In this document: piece by piece, positions 39,811 to 54,126 of the stretch
Numbering within the stretch: position 1 is the stretch's first letter
Layout: every line of letters starts with the position of its first letter
NCBI RefSeq assembly: GCF_963921235.1
Contig: NC_086097.1
Location: forward strand, 219,234,001-219,298,000
Direction of reading: 5' to 3'
Length of the DNA stretch: 64,000 nucleotides
DNA from: Mobula hypostoma
Taxonomy: Eukaryota
Position numbers and translations under genes: made by a program
The notes under the pieces: generated by a model
Told to the model about the DNA's origin: nothing
Databases searched by the model: none
What the model saw: only the letters and a program-made list of their open reading frames with translations

Positions 39811-42800
39811 AAAATCAGATAAATATCAATGTTTACGAGCAAAATGGGAGTTCAGAATTGAGGAGAATGTGAAATGGTAACAAAAGAGAAAGATTGGACA
39901 GTGCCTCTGAGGAAGATAAAGCTAAGATTGGACAGGATTTGTCACTTGTTACCTCAGATTTTTGTGAGAAATGCAAATAGTTTTGAAAAGAATTATTGGC
40001 ATTCCCATCTCAGGAGCAATCAGGAAAGTTTGGAACCCCATTGCAAGATTTTGCATGGACAGAAGATACAAACTTGTAACAGGGTCTTGTTGAGATTTCT
40101 TGAATGTGCTTTAAAGTCTGATCCTTCATGAAGTCTAGCAATGGAGTTTCAGTGTCTGTAATCTTTCAGCAGTTATCGTGGTGCAGGTTTATCAACTCCA
40201 TTCATTTCAACAGATTTAATTCTTTTAAGTGTTTTTGGCTGTCTTTAGGTATTAGTTTTAAGAAAGAGTTCTCATAACTCTGAACATTTTAGTGTGGTGT
40301 TGAATTTTTAATAGCTTTCAAGGGTGAATACTTTTGAATCTTAGAAATATTTATCAACATGCAGATTGTTTGGCAGCTTTGATGGTCTTGCAAGCCTGGG
40401 GCCATAGCTGCCTGCCAAAGGATTTCTGTAGGAGTGGATGCCCTGGTTAAAACTCCACCACATAATGCCATTAACAACTAATAAACCATAGATTACAAGG
40501 CCTCCCCACATCATTTGTGGGTTTGCTCAGGACTTCACCATTTGTACACACAGACCTTTTAGGTAAGGCAACAGTGAATGCAGGTAGCTCACTATGGCCA
40601 GGAAATTCCAGACTAATATTTTCAGGATATATAGAAAGTTGGAAAAGTACGTGGCACAATATGTTTGTGAATAATTTTTTCTCAAAGCTAGATCATGCTG
40701 TACTAGATGATGGTATTAAAACAGAAAACATACCAATAGTTGTAATAAACAGGAGGGGAAAGTGTACAATTCCGCATCAGTATTTTTGGTGTCCAAACAG
40801 TGAAGAAAACACAGGTGAAGAGATCTGCAGGCATTTGAGAAATAAACTTAATTAGAGCGTACTGGATGATAATATCCATGTCAGTGTTAGCTAAAATTGA
40901 GGCTGGTATTGGTCCAGTGTGAGATGAGGACTGCTCCATGCTTGTTCTTGCAGAAACATGGCTCCAGGACAACATCCCATGCATCATCAATCTATTACTT
41001 TTTTGTGACTATACAGTATGTGCTATTGTGCTGTGTGTTGTGTGACTGTATGTACTGTGCTTTGCACCTTGGCCTCGTTTAGCTGTATACATGTATATGG
41101 TTGAATGACAATTAAACTTGAACTTGATATGCAATCAGGTGGTGGGGCATCCTTTTTATGGCATTTCCAATCATGCTTCTGATTTAAGCACCTCTCAACT
41201 GAGACTTTGTGAATAATTTTTTTTAATGCAGAGGTGGAAATTCTGACACAAAATCAGAAAATGTCTGAAAAATCCAGCAGATCAGGTTACAAATTTACTA
41301 AAGAAAGCTGATGCTTGTTCAATATAGATCTATCTTAGAATTTATTTGCTAATTCTCAAAAACTTTGAAAGATTTGAACAATAATTTTCTTTCTTGGTTT
41401 TAAAGCCACAAAATATCATGCAGCAGTCCACTAGCTCAGTATGAAACTAATTTTATTTTGCACAGTTTATAATTAATTATAGAAGGAATTACTGTTTCTG
41501 ATTTGATTGGAACAATTAGATTTTTAACATGTTATATCTTTGACCTTAAAAATGACAGCCATAGGAAGGCATTAGCAACAGTTTTACTTTCCTGCTGGTT
41601 CTATGGTAGAATTTGCTTTAACCTTTTGCAAGGGTGAAGTGTCATCTGAAATAATGGTGTTTGCTTCTCGAAACTGCTGACTTGCCTTTGTGCTGATCCA
41701 TTAGGTTCCTCATTTGAAACACTGAGTGCACTGTGATGAGAAACACCCATCTTGCCCCCACTTAAAAGTTCATAAAACAACAATGATTTGTTTATTATTC
41801 ATGTTACAGAGAAGAATCATCAAAAGGAAGGAAATGGAGGGGATTTCTCATGGTTGACACTTAGCGTCCTTTTAGACCCATCTATTGAGATATGTTAACG
41901 TAGTATTGCTGCAACTTTCAAATGGGCTTGGATTGTCTCCTTCATATTATAGTTGAAATCCACTATGTGTGTGACCTCAGCAGTTGCACTGAAATTTTGG
42001 GTCAGCAAGGTTACCATTTTACCAGGCAGTCATGTTTTCCTGTGGACATGCAGAACTTGCTTAGTTTGACTGAAGACGCTACCTTTCAGTTTTGTTATAA
42101 AGCTGCATAAAAGATGAATTGCCGGTTTAAAATGGAAGCAACGTCTGAAAATATCCTCCACATTCTTTTCGCAGCTTACTTGAGACAGAAAGCTGCACAC
42201 AGTGCAGATGTGGGCCAGTCTTCACTACATAAGCTCTCTTGAGGCATTTTGTCACCAATTACAAAGTCTGTGCCAAGCATTAAAGTGTACAAAGAGCCTT
42301 ATGTTGTACAAGATACTTCAGCTGCTGTTGAGAAGCTTAGTTTTTGCCTTTTAATGGAGCAGAAAATTAATTTTGAAGGTTTATCCATTTTAATTAATTC
42401 TGATTAAATAATGTGCCTACTTACCCTGTCTGGTATGTAAATTAACTGCGGGCTGTTAGTAAAACATGACTATGCTATGGCAATATTGAACAGAGCCGAC
42501 AATAATTCAGTCACTGCCTTGTACAACTGCATTCTGGAAATCAAAACTTTAGTTGCAGTAATTACAGTATTATTTGACAGATGCCAGAGCAGAGAAATTT
42601 CAGATCATTGTTTTCTTAGTTGTAGAATCAATACTGGGAGGAGAATGACTCAGGTTACAAGTTTCCATGCCTGATCTCCCTGGAAATGCTTGGGAACCAT
42701 TTTGAAATTGACGGCATTCAGCCTTCTTAAATTAAAGGTTATTATTCCCACACAAGGATCCTTTTGTTGAGTTGGGCATGGGAATGCCCAATTCACCTAT

Positions 42801-45800
42801 TCTTTGCTTTGTTCAGTAGTTATCAACAGGTTGCATCAGTGACATTTAAAAAATGCTCAGACCTTGGAGAAGTCTTCAGTTCGTCACTGTTCCTTGCCTT
42901 TTTTGGGTTTATATAAAGGTTTTAAGTCTTTTAGAATTTTCTGTTGTAATACTTAGTGTGGGATCTTGAGTTTTTTATTAGTGATGAATGGGTCCATGAG
43001 AGGTCTGCTGTGTGAAGATGTGGATACAGATTTCTGCAGTTGCTGCTACAAGAGAGAAAGGGAGAAGGGTATAGGAGATCTTGCACCATTCATGGTGGTC
43101 ATCTTCTGCATCTGTGCCCTGTGGCACAGAAGTTAGCAACGTGTGAGAGACCAGAAGCCATCAGATGTCCATCTGCTGTGAACCTACCTGAGTCCTACAG
43201 CAGTTCTATTTCTTTTTGAATGTCAGAAAAATTTAAAAGCAGTGTTAAGTGCCTTTCAACATGTCAACCTGCCAAAGGCCATCATGGTTGTGCTGGAACA
43301 GGGCCTTAAGTCTAGTTGCTGCTAGTTCCTAGTCTACCTCATGAAAGAGCCATTGGTGTGGAAACTTTCAGGTGGCTCATCCTACAAAATACTGCAACAT
43401 GGCAACATCGGACTAAAGATTGGCTTGAGCACTGAGTTCAGGTAATGGGTTGCATTAAGCACAACTGAACCTAACTAATGTGCCTGGCTTTTCTAGGGTC
43501 GCTACCACGGAGCTAAGCTTCATGAACTGCATTTGAGTTCCTGGTCTATTTGTACATAAAGGTCATGCTTTTTGTGAGGAATCCAGGGTGCAACCAATAT
43601 CATAACCAACACGGGCCTTTTGTTCTGCATCTGCTACATGAAAAAATATTGTCAAGTTCTCCCTGGTAGCCTCCTCCCAGAGTCTATGAAGATGCTTACC
43701 AAATTGCAGTGTGGCTAGTCCATCTGGAGACACAGTAGACATGATCTTCATCATGACTTATCTCAATGAGAAATAAAAGGAGCAGCAACAACCACTGTAC
43801 ATAGCTTTTTGACCTCACTACATATCTGACTGCTTCTTTTGCTGTACACCAGGCAGAATCTCTGGATTCAAGATTCAAGGCTCAAGTTGATTTGTCACGT
43901 GTACATCAAAACATACAGTGAAATGTGCTATTTGCATGAACAATCAACAAACCTAAGGGGGCAGGTGTATTGGTTAGGGGCAGCCTCTGCGTGTTGCTAC
44001 ACATATGGCACTAATAAAGCATTCCTACGATGCTTGGCAGAACAACACAGAACAAGTAACAACAGCAAAACAAGCCCCCATTCCTGCCTCCCACCAATGG
44101 ATGTACACAGTCCTCTGACCCACAAGACAGTCTATATTGGTGATGATCTGCACTGTTTATCTCGACACCTTGAGAGAGATTGGACACAAAACCCAGACAG
44201 GGCTTGGCCTGGAAATCAAAAAGAAATTCAGATCGCTTTCTATGGATGTACTGTTGAAAGTATTTGGACTGTTCGCATCATTGCCGGGTACGGCAATTTG
44301 AATCTACAGGAATGAAAGAATCCACAGATACTAGTGGACTCAGCTCAAAACATCACGGGTACAGCACTCTTGTCTATCAGTAATATCTACAGGAGATGTT
44401 GCCTCAAGCAGGCAAAATCTATCATCAAAGATTCCCACCATCCAAGCCATAACATATTCTTGTAGCTACCATTGGGCAGGAGGTACTGAATCCTTAAGTC
44501 CCACACTACCATATTAAAGGAGAACTACTTCCCTTCAACCACTTGGTTCTTAAACAAATTTGCCCAACCTTAACCACTACAGTTTAGCAGCGTTGTGACT
44601 ACTTTGATCACGTTTCACTAAAATAGACATTTGTTGTCCTAATTGTGATTTTAATGAAGATTTTGTATAATTGGAATTGGCATTGGAATTAGAACTGATT
44701 TATTATTGTCATACAGTAGGTACCAAGATACAGTAAAAGATTATTCCCACATACAGATCAGACATTGCACAGTACATTAAGGTAAAAGCTTTAAGTCAAG
44801 GTAAAAAAAAACAGCAATGTCTAATAAGTGTAACAGCTGCAGAGAAAGTGCAGTGTAGGTAGACAAGAAGGAATAAGATCATAACGAGGTAGATTTTGAC
44901 ATCAGGAGTTGAACTTATCATACTAGCGAACTATTTAATAGTCTTATAACGGTGGATTAAAGCTGTCCTTGAGCCTCGTGATATGTGCTTTCAGGGTTTT
45001 GTATCTTTTGCCTGATGGAAGAGGAGACAAGAGAGAACGTTTAGGATGGGTGGAGTCTTTAATTATCTTGGCTGCTTTCTCAATGTAGTAAGAATTATTG
45101 ACAGACTCTATAGAGAGGATTTATGTTTCAATTTTTCTTGTGAATGCAGCTGTCACGCTATGTGTTTTTGATGCTGTTGCAAATTTTTCATTGAACATAA
45201 ACTTAAACATAAACAATAAAGTCAACTTTCACTTTGACTTAGATGCTAGACACCTCAAATGTAAACAGAAAATATGAGAAATCTCAGCAGATCAGGCTGC
45301 ATCAATGAAAAGAGGCCTTTCATCATAATTGGCAAAGAGAGAAAAAGAGTCAGCTTTCAGAAACAGGAAAGATGGAGGTGGAATGGATAGATCAAGATAA
45401 TATCTCTGATGGGCTGAATCCCACTGAGTATAAGAAACATATAAATGATAAAAGAAACATAATGCAATTCTGTTTCTTATGGAAATCCTGTGGGGTGGGT
45501 CCAGTAATCTTGATGGTACTAAAAGAGAGAACAAAATTGATCCAAAATCACTAATGAATGACTAGCTAGTCCTGATACTAACAGAAAGCTGGAGAATTCA
45601 TACTAACTCAAAAGGAAGATGAGGTGTTCCTCAAGCTTGCATGCACATTCATTGGAACTATGGAGGAGGCCAAAGACAGATATTGGGATGGGGAATTGTA
45701 GGCAACTGAAAGCTTGGGATCCCTTCTCTGAGTGCAGGTGTTCCTCAAAACAATCACCAAATTGGAGAAGACTGAGTCATATAAATCAATATTTCAATCT

Positions 45801-47545
45801 CTGGGGCTTCAGTAGCATCAAAAACAAGATGGTCAGATTGTTACTCAGCTTTCGGAACCCATGTGGATTTCTATGTGGCCTGCACTATGAAGACCTGCAT
45901 TCGGAAAGTTTGCCCATTTGAACACAAAGCCAAATGCGTGGTCCTGAGTGTTGGGGAGAAACCCTCTGATCAAAGATAGAAACAGAAATTCATCAAAATA
46001 TATAAGTTGCCATGGAAATTGTTAGCAATGTTACTGAAATTTAAAAAAGAATACAGAAAAGGGTTTATCAAGATATGGCCAGGACTTGAGAGACTGAGAT
46101 ATAGGGAGTGATTGCCGATATTAGGTCTTTAAACCTTGGCATGTAGGATGTTGAGTCATGATCTTATACAGCCGTAAGAAATCACGAGGAGCATGGATAG
46201 GGTGAATGCATTAGCCTTTTTTTCCAAAATTAAGTGAGAAAGGAAAGATTTAATAGGGAACTTTTTTACCAAGGATGCCATGTATGTGGAATGAGCTGCC
46301 AGAGGAGGTGGCTATGGCAGGTAGAATAACAACTTTTAAAAGGGAGTTGGACAGGACTATGGATAAGAAAGGTTTAGAAGGTTATGTCAAATGCACCCAT
46401 ATGAGACTACCTTAAATGGACATCTTGGTCTGCATGGATCAGTTGGGCTGAGGGCCTGTTTTCCTATTGTTTGATTCTAGGATTCCACGCATCTTTCTAT
46501 ATAGGTGGTCACTGATCACCTCAGTAATTCCAGCATTTTCTATTTTAATTTCAGATTTCTATTACTTTTACACTTTTTCACTTTTTTTGCTTTTCTCTTT
46601 ATTAGAGCCCGTATCCCAATCAACTTCATGCTTCCAGTGGTTCTCCCAGACTTCTTTGCCAGAAATGACACAAGATACAGAACAGTGGGTTCTGAGATCT
46701 AAGCCTAGTCTACCATAAATCCTATATAAGGATGGATTCATTTTTCTCTAAGGAAGGGTGTAGTTGGAAGTGAAGAAAGTTGTAGATCTAGGGAGTCAGA
46801 GACAATGGGGTGAGTTGAAATTTGAACTTGTCAGGCTGTGAGGAAACACTCTACTCCTTGTGGACCACAAGCAAACCCTCCTTCTTCATGGATCCTGCCT
46901 TTCCAGCCTCTATTTCCCTTCTGGGGATCCCACTTTCTAGAAATCTTGGTGTCCTTGAGATAAAAATGAAAACCCAAATAAAGTTGTTGCCTACTCGCTG
47001 AAGTGTCTTCATTACAACCAGCTTACAGGTGGTTTGAGATTTAAAACGGTCAGTGAAAACCATCATCTACCCCTAACCTTAGAGTCTAAATGCTTGCTCT
47101 AACCCCAACCCCTATATTCCATTGAAGTATGTTATTCCAAATAACATTACAATGACTAGTGTCTTATAAAGGCTCAGCATTACCTCTTTCCTTTTATATT
47201 CTATTCCCCATCTCTCTGAAGGCACTGGCACCCTGTTTGGTGGGAATGAATGGGATAATGAACTTCCCCTCATACGTTTCTGATTGGCAGGAATACTGTG
47301 CACATTTCCCCCTTAGAAACCTGTTCCTCAGCTCCAGCTCTCTATGTGATAGAAAAGCAGAAAGGGACCCAATGAGGGCTATGATTGTAATGCTGCCCAC
47401 CAAGGTTCAATGTACGAGCTAATTTTAGCTACCTCCATTTTGTTGGCCTATACTTTGGAAGCTCATGAGAACATTTGCTTGCATCTTAAGATCAGGCATT
47501 AAACCAATTTGGATTCTTGGATTGATCAACACTTGAATGTCACAT

Positions 47546-48317
47546 CTAATGAGCGTCAGGCAAAGCAGAAGCGGCCAGCATGTGCATGAATGCTGAATGG
47601 CATCTTTCTGTGCTGCAAATGTCTAAGATTCTATCAATGCTGCAAGGTGAGATGGTTTGCCCTATGTGGCTGAGCGAATGATTTTGTGATGCAATCCTGC
47701 ACCTGTTGAGGACATAGAGATTGTTTCTTTTATGTACACTGATGTGAAAATTTTTTAAAAAATGAATCCACACAGACGATAAGGCCCGTGGGTAAAAGTG
47801 TGCAAGCCACAGACCATGTTTGGTGCAATACTGATCAAAGCATACTTTAAAAATTGGGATTAATGACATTTTTAGATGCCAGCCATGAAACAATGAACTT
47901 GTTTTCTGTAAGCAGCTACACCAAAGGCATATTGAAGAAAAATCAATGACTGATTATTTCTTTTCAATGAATTCATTGTGAATGTTCATGTTTTTTTCTT
48001 CAAGGCTCTTTATAAAGCATTATACTGTCAGTTCCAAAATTAAATATTGAAACCAGACAGTCAGTACATTCAAGAAAGAACTGTTAATTTTTACTTGGCT
48101 TCGTAATTTTTATCAGCTTCTGAAAAGCCGCAGCAAGGTACGATGGTCTTTGATAGAATCGGCATAATCTTCTCGTATCTGATTTCAGTTTTTGGAAAAT
48201 GGGTCAGAATCAAATTGTATTCCTTCTGAAGTATATATACACTGCCAGCTATCAAATTGATTATTGTTTTGGTCATAACTTGGAACCTATTTACCACCTG
48301 GGTGAAATTTAGACTTC
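47546..48317 (-). other. Candidate pair of phase-compatible exons (48317-48095 and 47702-47546), protein not identified
   Basis: Acceptors TTTCTACCATGCAG and TCTCTATGTCCTCAACAG, donor AA|GTAAAA. The joined frame stays open to a stop at 47546. Several CpGs are retained. Confidence 0.35.
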
Positions 48318-49060
48318 CTGCATGGTAGAAATTGTTAACAGCAAGACTTCCAAATTATAGAATTTATCTTAAAGCTTTTGTGCACAATATAACTCATCAT
48401 GAATAACATACACTGTTTTTAAGCAATCCAAGTGGAGCCATGCACCACCACATCAAAGACACCGATTGATTTACATCCTTATCAGGGTTTTAAGAATTTG
48501 AGAAAATGTTCTCTATTTCCATTGATTCTGCACAATCCATTCTAAGGAGGACTCCAATGTCTGCTACAAGAAATGAAACTGAGCTTCCAAAGCATAGACC
48601 AAAAAAAGGGAGGCAGCTAAAATTAAGCTTGCCATTCTTGTATTCAATGCCCTAACCAGGGCCTGTGTAGTTTATATCTTCTTAAATGTGTCATCTACTT
48701 CCACTGCCACCTTCAAGGATCTTTGAACATGAATGCTGAAATCTGTTTCTCAACATTCTTGGGGACCTTATCATTTGTGATGTATATCCTAGTCTTATTA
48801 ATACTCCAAAAACATTTTACTTCACATTTAATGAATTAAGTTCGATCTGCCATTTTTCTCAGTCCATTTCGCCAACACATCAATATCAGCCAGGTGCCTA
48901 AGACAAACATGTACACTGTCAAGAACTCCACCTTCTTCATATCATTCATGAACTTAGGGATAATGCCTCCTTCATTCACATTCCCTTTCATGCTGTATTC
49001 ATTTACAAGCAACAAATATCCTAGCATTGATCCACAGCCAGCCAATCACAAAGGCTGTAT

Positions 49061-50092
49061 TAGAAACATAGAAACATAGAAAATAGGTGCAGGAGTAGGC
49101 CATTCGGCCCTTCGAGCCTGCACCGCCATTTATTATGATCATGGCTGATCATCCAACTCAGAACCCAGCCTTCCCTCCATACCCCCTGACCCCTGTAGCC
49201 ACAAGGGCCATATCTAACTTCCTTTTAAACATAGCTAATGAACTGGCCTCAACAGTTTGCTGTGGCAGAGAATTCCACAGATTCACCACTCTCTGTGTGA
49301 AGAAGTTTTTCCTAACCTCGGTCCTAAAAGGCTTCCCCTCTATCCTCAAACTGTGACCCCTCGTTCTAGACCTCCCCAACATCGGGAACAATCTTCCTGC
49401 ATCTAGCCTGTCCAATCCCTTTAGGATCTTATACGTTTCAATCAGATCCCCCCTCAATCTTCTAAATTCCAACGAGTACAAGCCCAGTTCATCCAGTCTT
49501 TCTTCATATGAAAGACCTGCCATCCCAGGAATCAATCTGGTGAACCTTCTTTGTACTCCCTCTATGGCAAAGATGTCTTTCCTCAGATTAGGGGACCAAA
49601 ACTGCACACAATACTCCAGGTGTGGTCTCACCAAGGCCTTGTACAACTGCAGTAGTACCTCCCTGCTCCTGTACTCGAATCCTCTCGCTATAAATGCCAG
49701 CATACCGTTCGCCTTTTTCACCGCCTGCTGTACCTGCATGCCCACTTTCAATGACTGGTGTATAATGACACCCAGGTCTCGTTGCACCTCCCCTTTTCCT
49801 AATCGGCCACCATTCAGATAATAATCTGTTTTCCTATTTTTGCCACCAAAGTGGATAACTTCACATTTATCCACATTAAATTGCATCTGCCATGAGTTTG
49901 CCCACTCACCCAACCTATCCAAGTCACCCTGCATCCTCTTAGCATCCTCCTCACTGCTAACACTGCCACCCAGCTTCGTGTCATCCGCAAACTTGGAGAT
50001 GCTGCATTTAATTCCCTCATCCAAGTCATTAATATATATTGTAAACAACTGGGGTCCCAGCACTGAGCCTTGCGGTACCCCACTAGTCACCG
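49061..50092 (-). mobile_element. Young 5'-truncated CR1 LINE inside an older CR1 remnant
   Basis: Stop-free 310-aa frame (SGVPQGSVLGP...KFADDTKLGG...RPHLEYCVQFWSP) and (TATGTTTC)n tail. Confidence 0.95.
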
Positions 50093-50389
50093 CATTCTGT
50101 CATTACACTCTGATCCTAATTTAATTTTGAATCCATTCTGTCTTGCATCCTACAGTCGCTAAACTGTTGTACAAGTCTTCAGGTTGGAACTTCATGGAAG
50201 GCCCTAATGGAGCCCATGTAGACTATTTCTCTCCTATCCCTTCCATTTGTTACAACATCCAAATGACTAGAAGCTTGAGGTACAGCTCACATGATTTCTT
50301 GTTATGCACTTCAATAAATAAAGCTTCAGACTGGGTGCAAAAAATTAGAAAAATTCCCTTTGATTTCAGTAGGGTGAAGATACTTGATT

Positions 50390-51930
50390 TCAAAGATCAA
50401 AGTTCAAAGTAAATTTATTATCAAACTGTATATCTGTTACCATATACATTTGAGATTCGTTTTCTTGCAGGCATTTACAGGAAAGTAGAAAAATACAATA
50501 GAATTTAAGAACAACTATGTGTAGACTGACAAACAACCAATGTGACAAAGGACAGACTGTGAAAATAAAAAAAATACTGAGAATTTAAGTTATAAAGAGT
50601 CCCTGAGAGTGAGTCTGTAGGCCATAGAAACAGTTTCTTAGTTATGGTGAATGAAGTTATCCACACTGGTTCAGGAGCCTGATGGTTGTAGAGTAATAAC
50701 TGTTCCTGAACCTAGTGGTGTGGGACCTCAGGTTTCTACACCTCCTGCTCTATGTAAATGTACTCAATGGGGGCTGGGGTGGGGAAAGGCTTTTCCTGTA
50801 ATAGACTGGGCCACCACTTTTGGTAGTCTTTTCCATTCCTACTTATTGGTGTTTCTATACCAGGCTGGAACGCAATCCAATTAGGATACACTCCACTGTG
50901 CATCTATAGAAGTTTGGTGACATGCCAAATCTACATAAACTTCTGAGAAAATAGATGCCTTGTCATGCCTTCTTTGCAATGGTATTTACATGGTAGTCCC
51001 AGAACAGAGCCTCTAATATGCTAATGTTAAGGAATTTAAAGTTACTGACACTCTCCACCTCTGATCTCCGAATGAGAACTGGCTTATGGACCTCCTGTAG
51101 CAGATAATCATTTCTTTAGTCTTACTCACATTGAGTGAGAGAGAGGTTGTTGCTGTGGCACCACTCAAGCAGATTTTCAGTCTCCCTCCTATACGCCAAT
51201 TCATTATTATCTCTGATTTGGCCACCAAAAGCATCGTCGTCTGCAAATTTAAATGGTGCATTAGGGCTATGCTTAGCTATTCAATTATTGGTGTAAAGTG
51301 AGTAAAGCAGGGGTAAGCACAAGGCCTTGTGTCACACCTGTGTAATGGTGAGTACACTGGAGATGGTTCCCAATCCATATTAGCTGGCGTCTGCCAGAGA
51401 ATATATAAAAACCTACAGAATGGTGAAAGGCCTTGATAGAGTGGATGTGGAGAGGATGTTTCCTATAGTGGGAGAATCTAGGACCAGAGGACATTGCCTC
51501 AGAATAGAGGGGCATCCTTTTAGAATGGAGATGAGGAGAAATTTCTTTAGCCAGAGAGTGGTGAATCTGTGGAATTCATTGGCAAAGGCATCTGTGGAGA
51601 CCAAGTCCTTATGTAAATATAATGCAAAGGTTGATAGATCCTTGATTAGTCAGGGCATGAAGAGAAGGTGCAGGTGAAGGTAGACGACTGGGGCTGAGAA
51701 GAAAAATGGATCAGCCGTGGTGAAATGGTGCAGCAGACTTGATGAGCCAAATGGCCTAATGCTTCTCAAATGTCTTATGGTCTTATGATTTAATGAAGAA
51801 ATCAATAATCCTGTTGCACACAGAGGTATTGAAGTCCAGGTCTTGGAGCTTAGAGATGAGATTTAAGGGGCTGATAGTGTTAAATGTTGAGCCATAGTCA
51901 ATGACGAGCATCCTGATTTATGTACCTTCA
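50390..51930 (-). mobile_element. Rex1/Babar-type LINE fragment with a nested + strand CR1 3' fragment (about 51398-51790)
   Basis: KFADD-type and LSLNVSKTKEMII motifs on the minus strand. The nested ORF at 51420 is a CR1 C-terminus. Confidence 0.75.
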
Positions 51931-52606
51931 TTCCAATATATGATTTAGCCAATCATACAGTGGAATGCAGAAGCTACTGAAATTGTTGTTAAAATGTCAA
52001 CTAAATAAATTTCTCCTTTAACTTTCTAAGCTAGGCAATTGGTCACGCACACATTTCTCTGCTTTAAAATATTATCTGGACCAATTTTGTTACACACAAT
52101 GTGACAATAACACATTTCTGTGCAATGTCTGAAAATTGTTAGCATTAAAATGAATGACAGATGATAGTAATCATGAAACCGAGCAGCAAAAACAATTTCA
52201 AAATTATATTTCATTTTTCTATTAAATCATGTAACAAACAGTAAATGATGTAAAAATAAAATGACATTTTCTGTCTGGCAAAATGTTGAAGGTTGTATTT
52301 CACAATTGTAGATCACCATCTATGTTATGCAGTGTCCTTTAACATAACATAGTGATAATGAATAACAGAGAGTACCATCGAGCCTATATGTGAAAGTAGA
52401 GCCTATGCATCATGAAGTAAAATCTTAGAGGTTAGAATTCTACTGAGTTGGAAATCTGGTGCATGTTAAAGTGAGGAGAAGATGGGAGCATATTTATTGA
52501 GAACAATGTTATCTAAGATCTGGAGGCAAACTACCTATTTGTTCTTCATGGGCATTAAGGACACAGAAGGAAGAGAAAAAATGAGGAGAAGAAAACAGAA
52601 ATTAAG

Positions 52607-52763
52607 TATGCAAACACGAGGAAATCTGCAGATGCTGGAAATTCAAGCAAAACACACAAAATGCTGGTGGAATGCAACAGGCCAGACAGCATCCATAGGA
52701 AGAAGCACAGTCGACGTTTCAGGCCAAGACACTTCGTCAGGACTAACTGAAGGAAGATATAGT
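52607..52763 (-). mobile_element. Short Penelope terminal-repeat insertion with hammerhead motif (52710-52743)
   Basis: 7-bp TSD AATTAAG at 52600-52606 and 52764-52770; empty site in copy B at 54793-54799. Minus strand GTCCTGACGAAGTGTCTTGGCCTGAAACGTCGAC. Confidence 0.88.
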
Positions 52764-53849
52764 AATTAAGAACAGTAGAATGACTTTTGGTTAAAATTGG
52801 AGGAACATTACTATTTGTGCTTGATATGTTAGCCTGGGTTTGGGCCATATGATAGTGTAGCAGTTAGTGCAGCACTTTACAGTGCCAGATGTAAGTTTGA
52901 CATTAGATACCACAGCTGTCTGTAAGAAGTTTGTACGTTCTCCCCATGACCACATGGGTTTCCTGCGGGTTCTCCGATTTCCTTCCACATTTCAAAGACA
53001 CATGGATGTGGTTAGTGAGTCATGAGCACACTGTGTTGGTGCTAGAAGTGTTATAATTGGGAAGAGCACTGGGGACACTTTCAAAGGCAGACACAGCTTT
53101 GCTGCATAAATGGATGCTGATCAGGAGAAATGGGACTGAGGTAGAGATGTGTTCAATTTCAACATTTAAGAGAAATTTGGTTAAGAACATTCTATGTTGG
53201 GAGGGGTGTGGAAGGCTATAGTCTGGGTGCAGGACCATGGGACTCGGCAGAAAAATTGTTTGGTAGGATCTAGATAGGGTGAAGAGCCTGTATCTGAACT
53301 GTAGTGTTCTATAACTCAATGATCGGTGATTTTTAGTGAGCATCTCCTGCCTGATTATCTGACATGTTTGAAGCTTGCATTGTGAGTGACTACATGCCAT
53401 TGAGAGGAATGGAACAATCGAAGGATAGAATTCACAGTACACAGATCTAATACGAATTGTACAAAGAGATCAAAACTATGCAAAGTCCGATGTAAATTCA
53501 GGTATCCATTGAGTACTGATGGGACAGAGGCTATGAGCAAAGCCAATGCAGGTCATAGGGTGGCACAGTAGCACAGTGATTAGCACGATGCTTTACAGCA
53601 CCAGCAACCCCGGTTCAATTCCCACCACTGCCTGTAAGGAGTTTGTATGTTCTCCCTGTGACCACATGGGTTTCCTTCGGGTGCTCCGGTTCCCTCCCAC
53701 AGTCCAAAGACCTACTGGTTGGTAGGTTAATTTATCATTGTGAATTGTCCTGTGACTAGGCTAGGGTTACATCAGGGGTTGTTGGGGTCAAAAGGCTGGA
53801 AGGGCCTACTCCATGCTGTATATCAATTAATTAATTAATCAACATAATT

Positions 53850-54126
53850 GAGAGTTAAGGGCCAAAAGTTTAGGGGTAACATGAGGGGGAACTTCTTTAC
53901 TCAGAGAGAGGTAGCTGTGTGGAACGAGCTTTCAGCAGAAGTGGTTGAGGCAGGTTCGATATTGTCGTTTAAAGTTAAATTGGATAGATATATGGACAGG
54001 AAAGGAATGGAGGTTTATGGGCTGAGTTCAGGTCGATGGGACTAGGTGTGAGTAAGAGTTCGGCATGGACTAGAAGGGCCGAGATGGCCTGTTTCCGTGC
54101 TGTAATTGTTATATGGTTATATAGTT
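53850..54126 (+). mobile_element. CR1 3' fragment specific to copy A
   Basis: 6-bp TSD ATAATT at 53844-53849 and 54127-54132; empty site in copy B at 56424-56429. Confidence 0.9.

Noticed and set aside
40350..43800. Further Cys-containing snippets as additional exons
   Set aside because: Motifs such as HSCLPKDFCRSGCPG are too short and lack consistent splice context to distinguish from chance.
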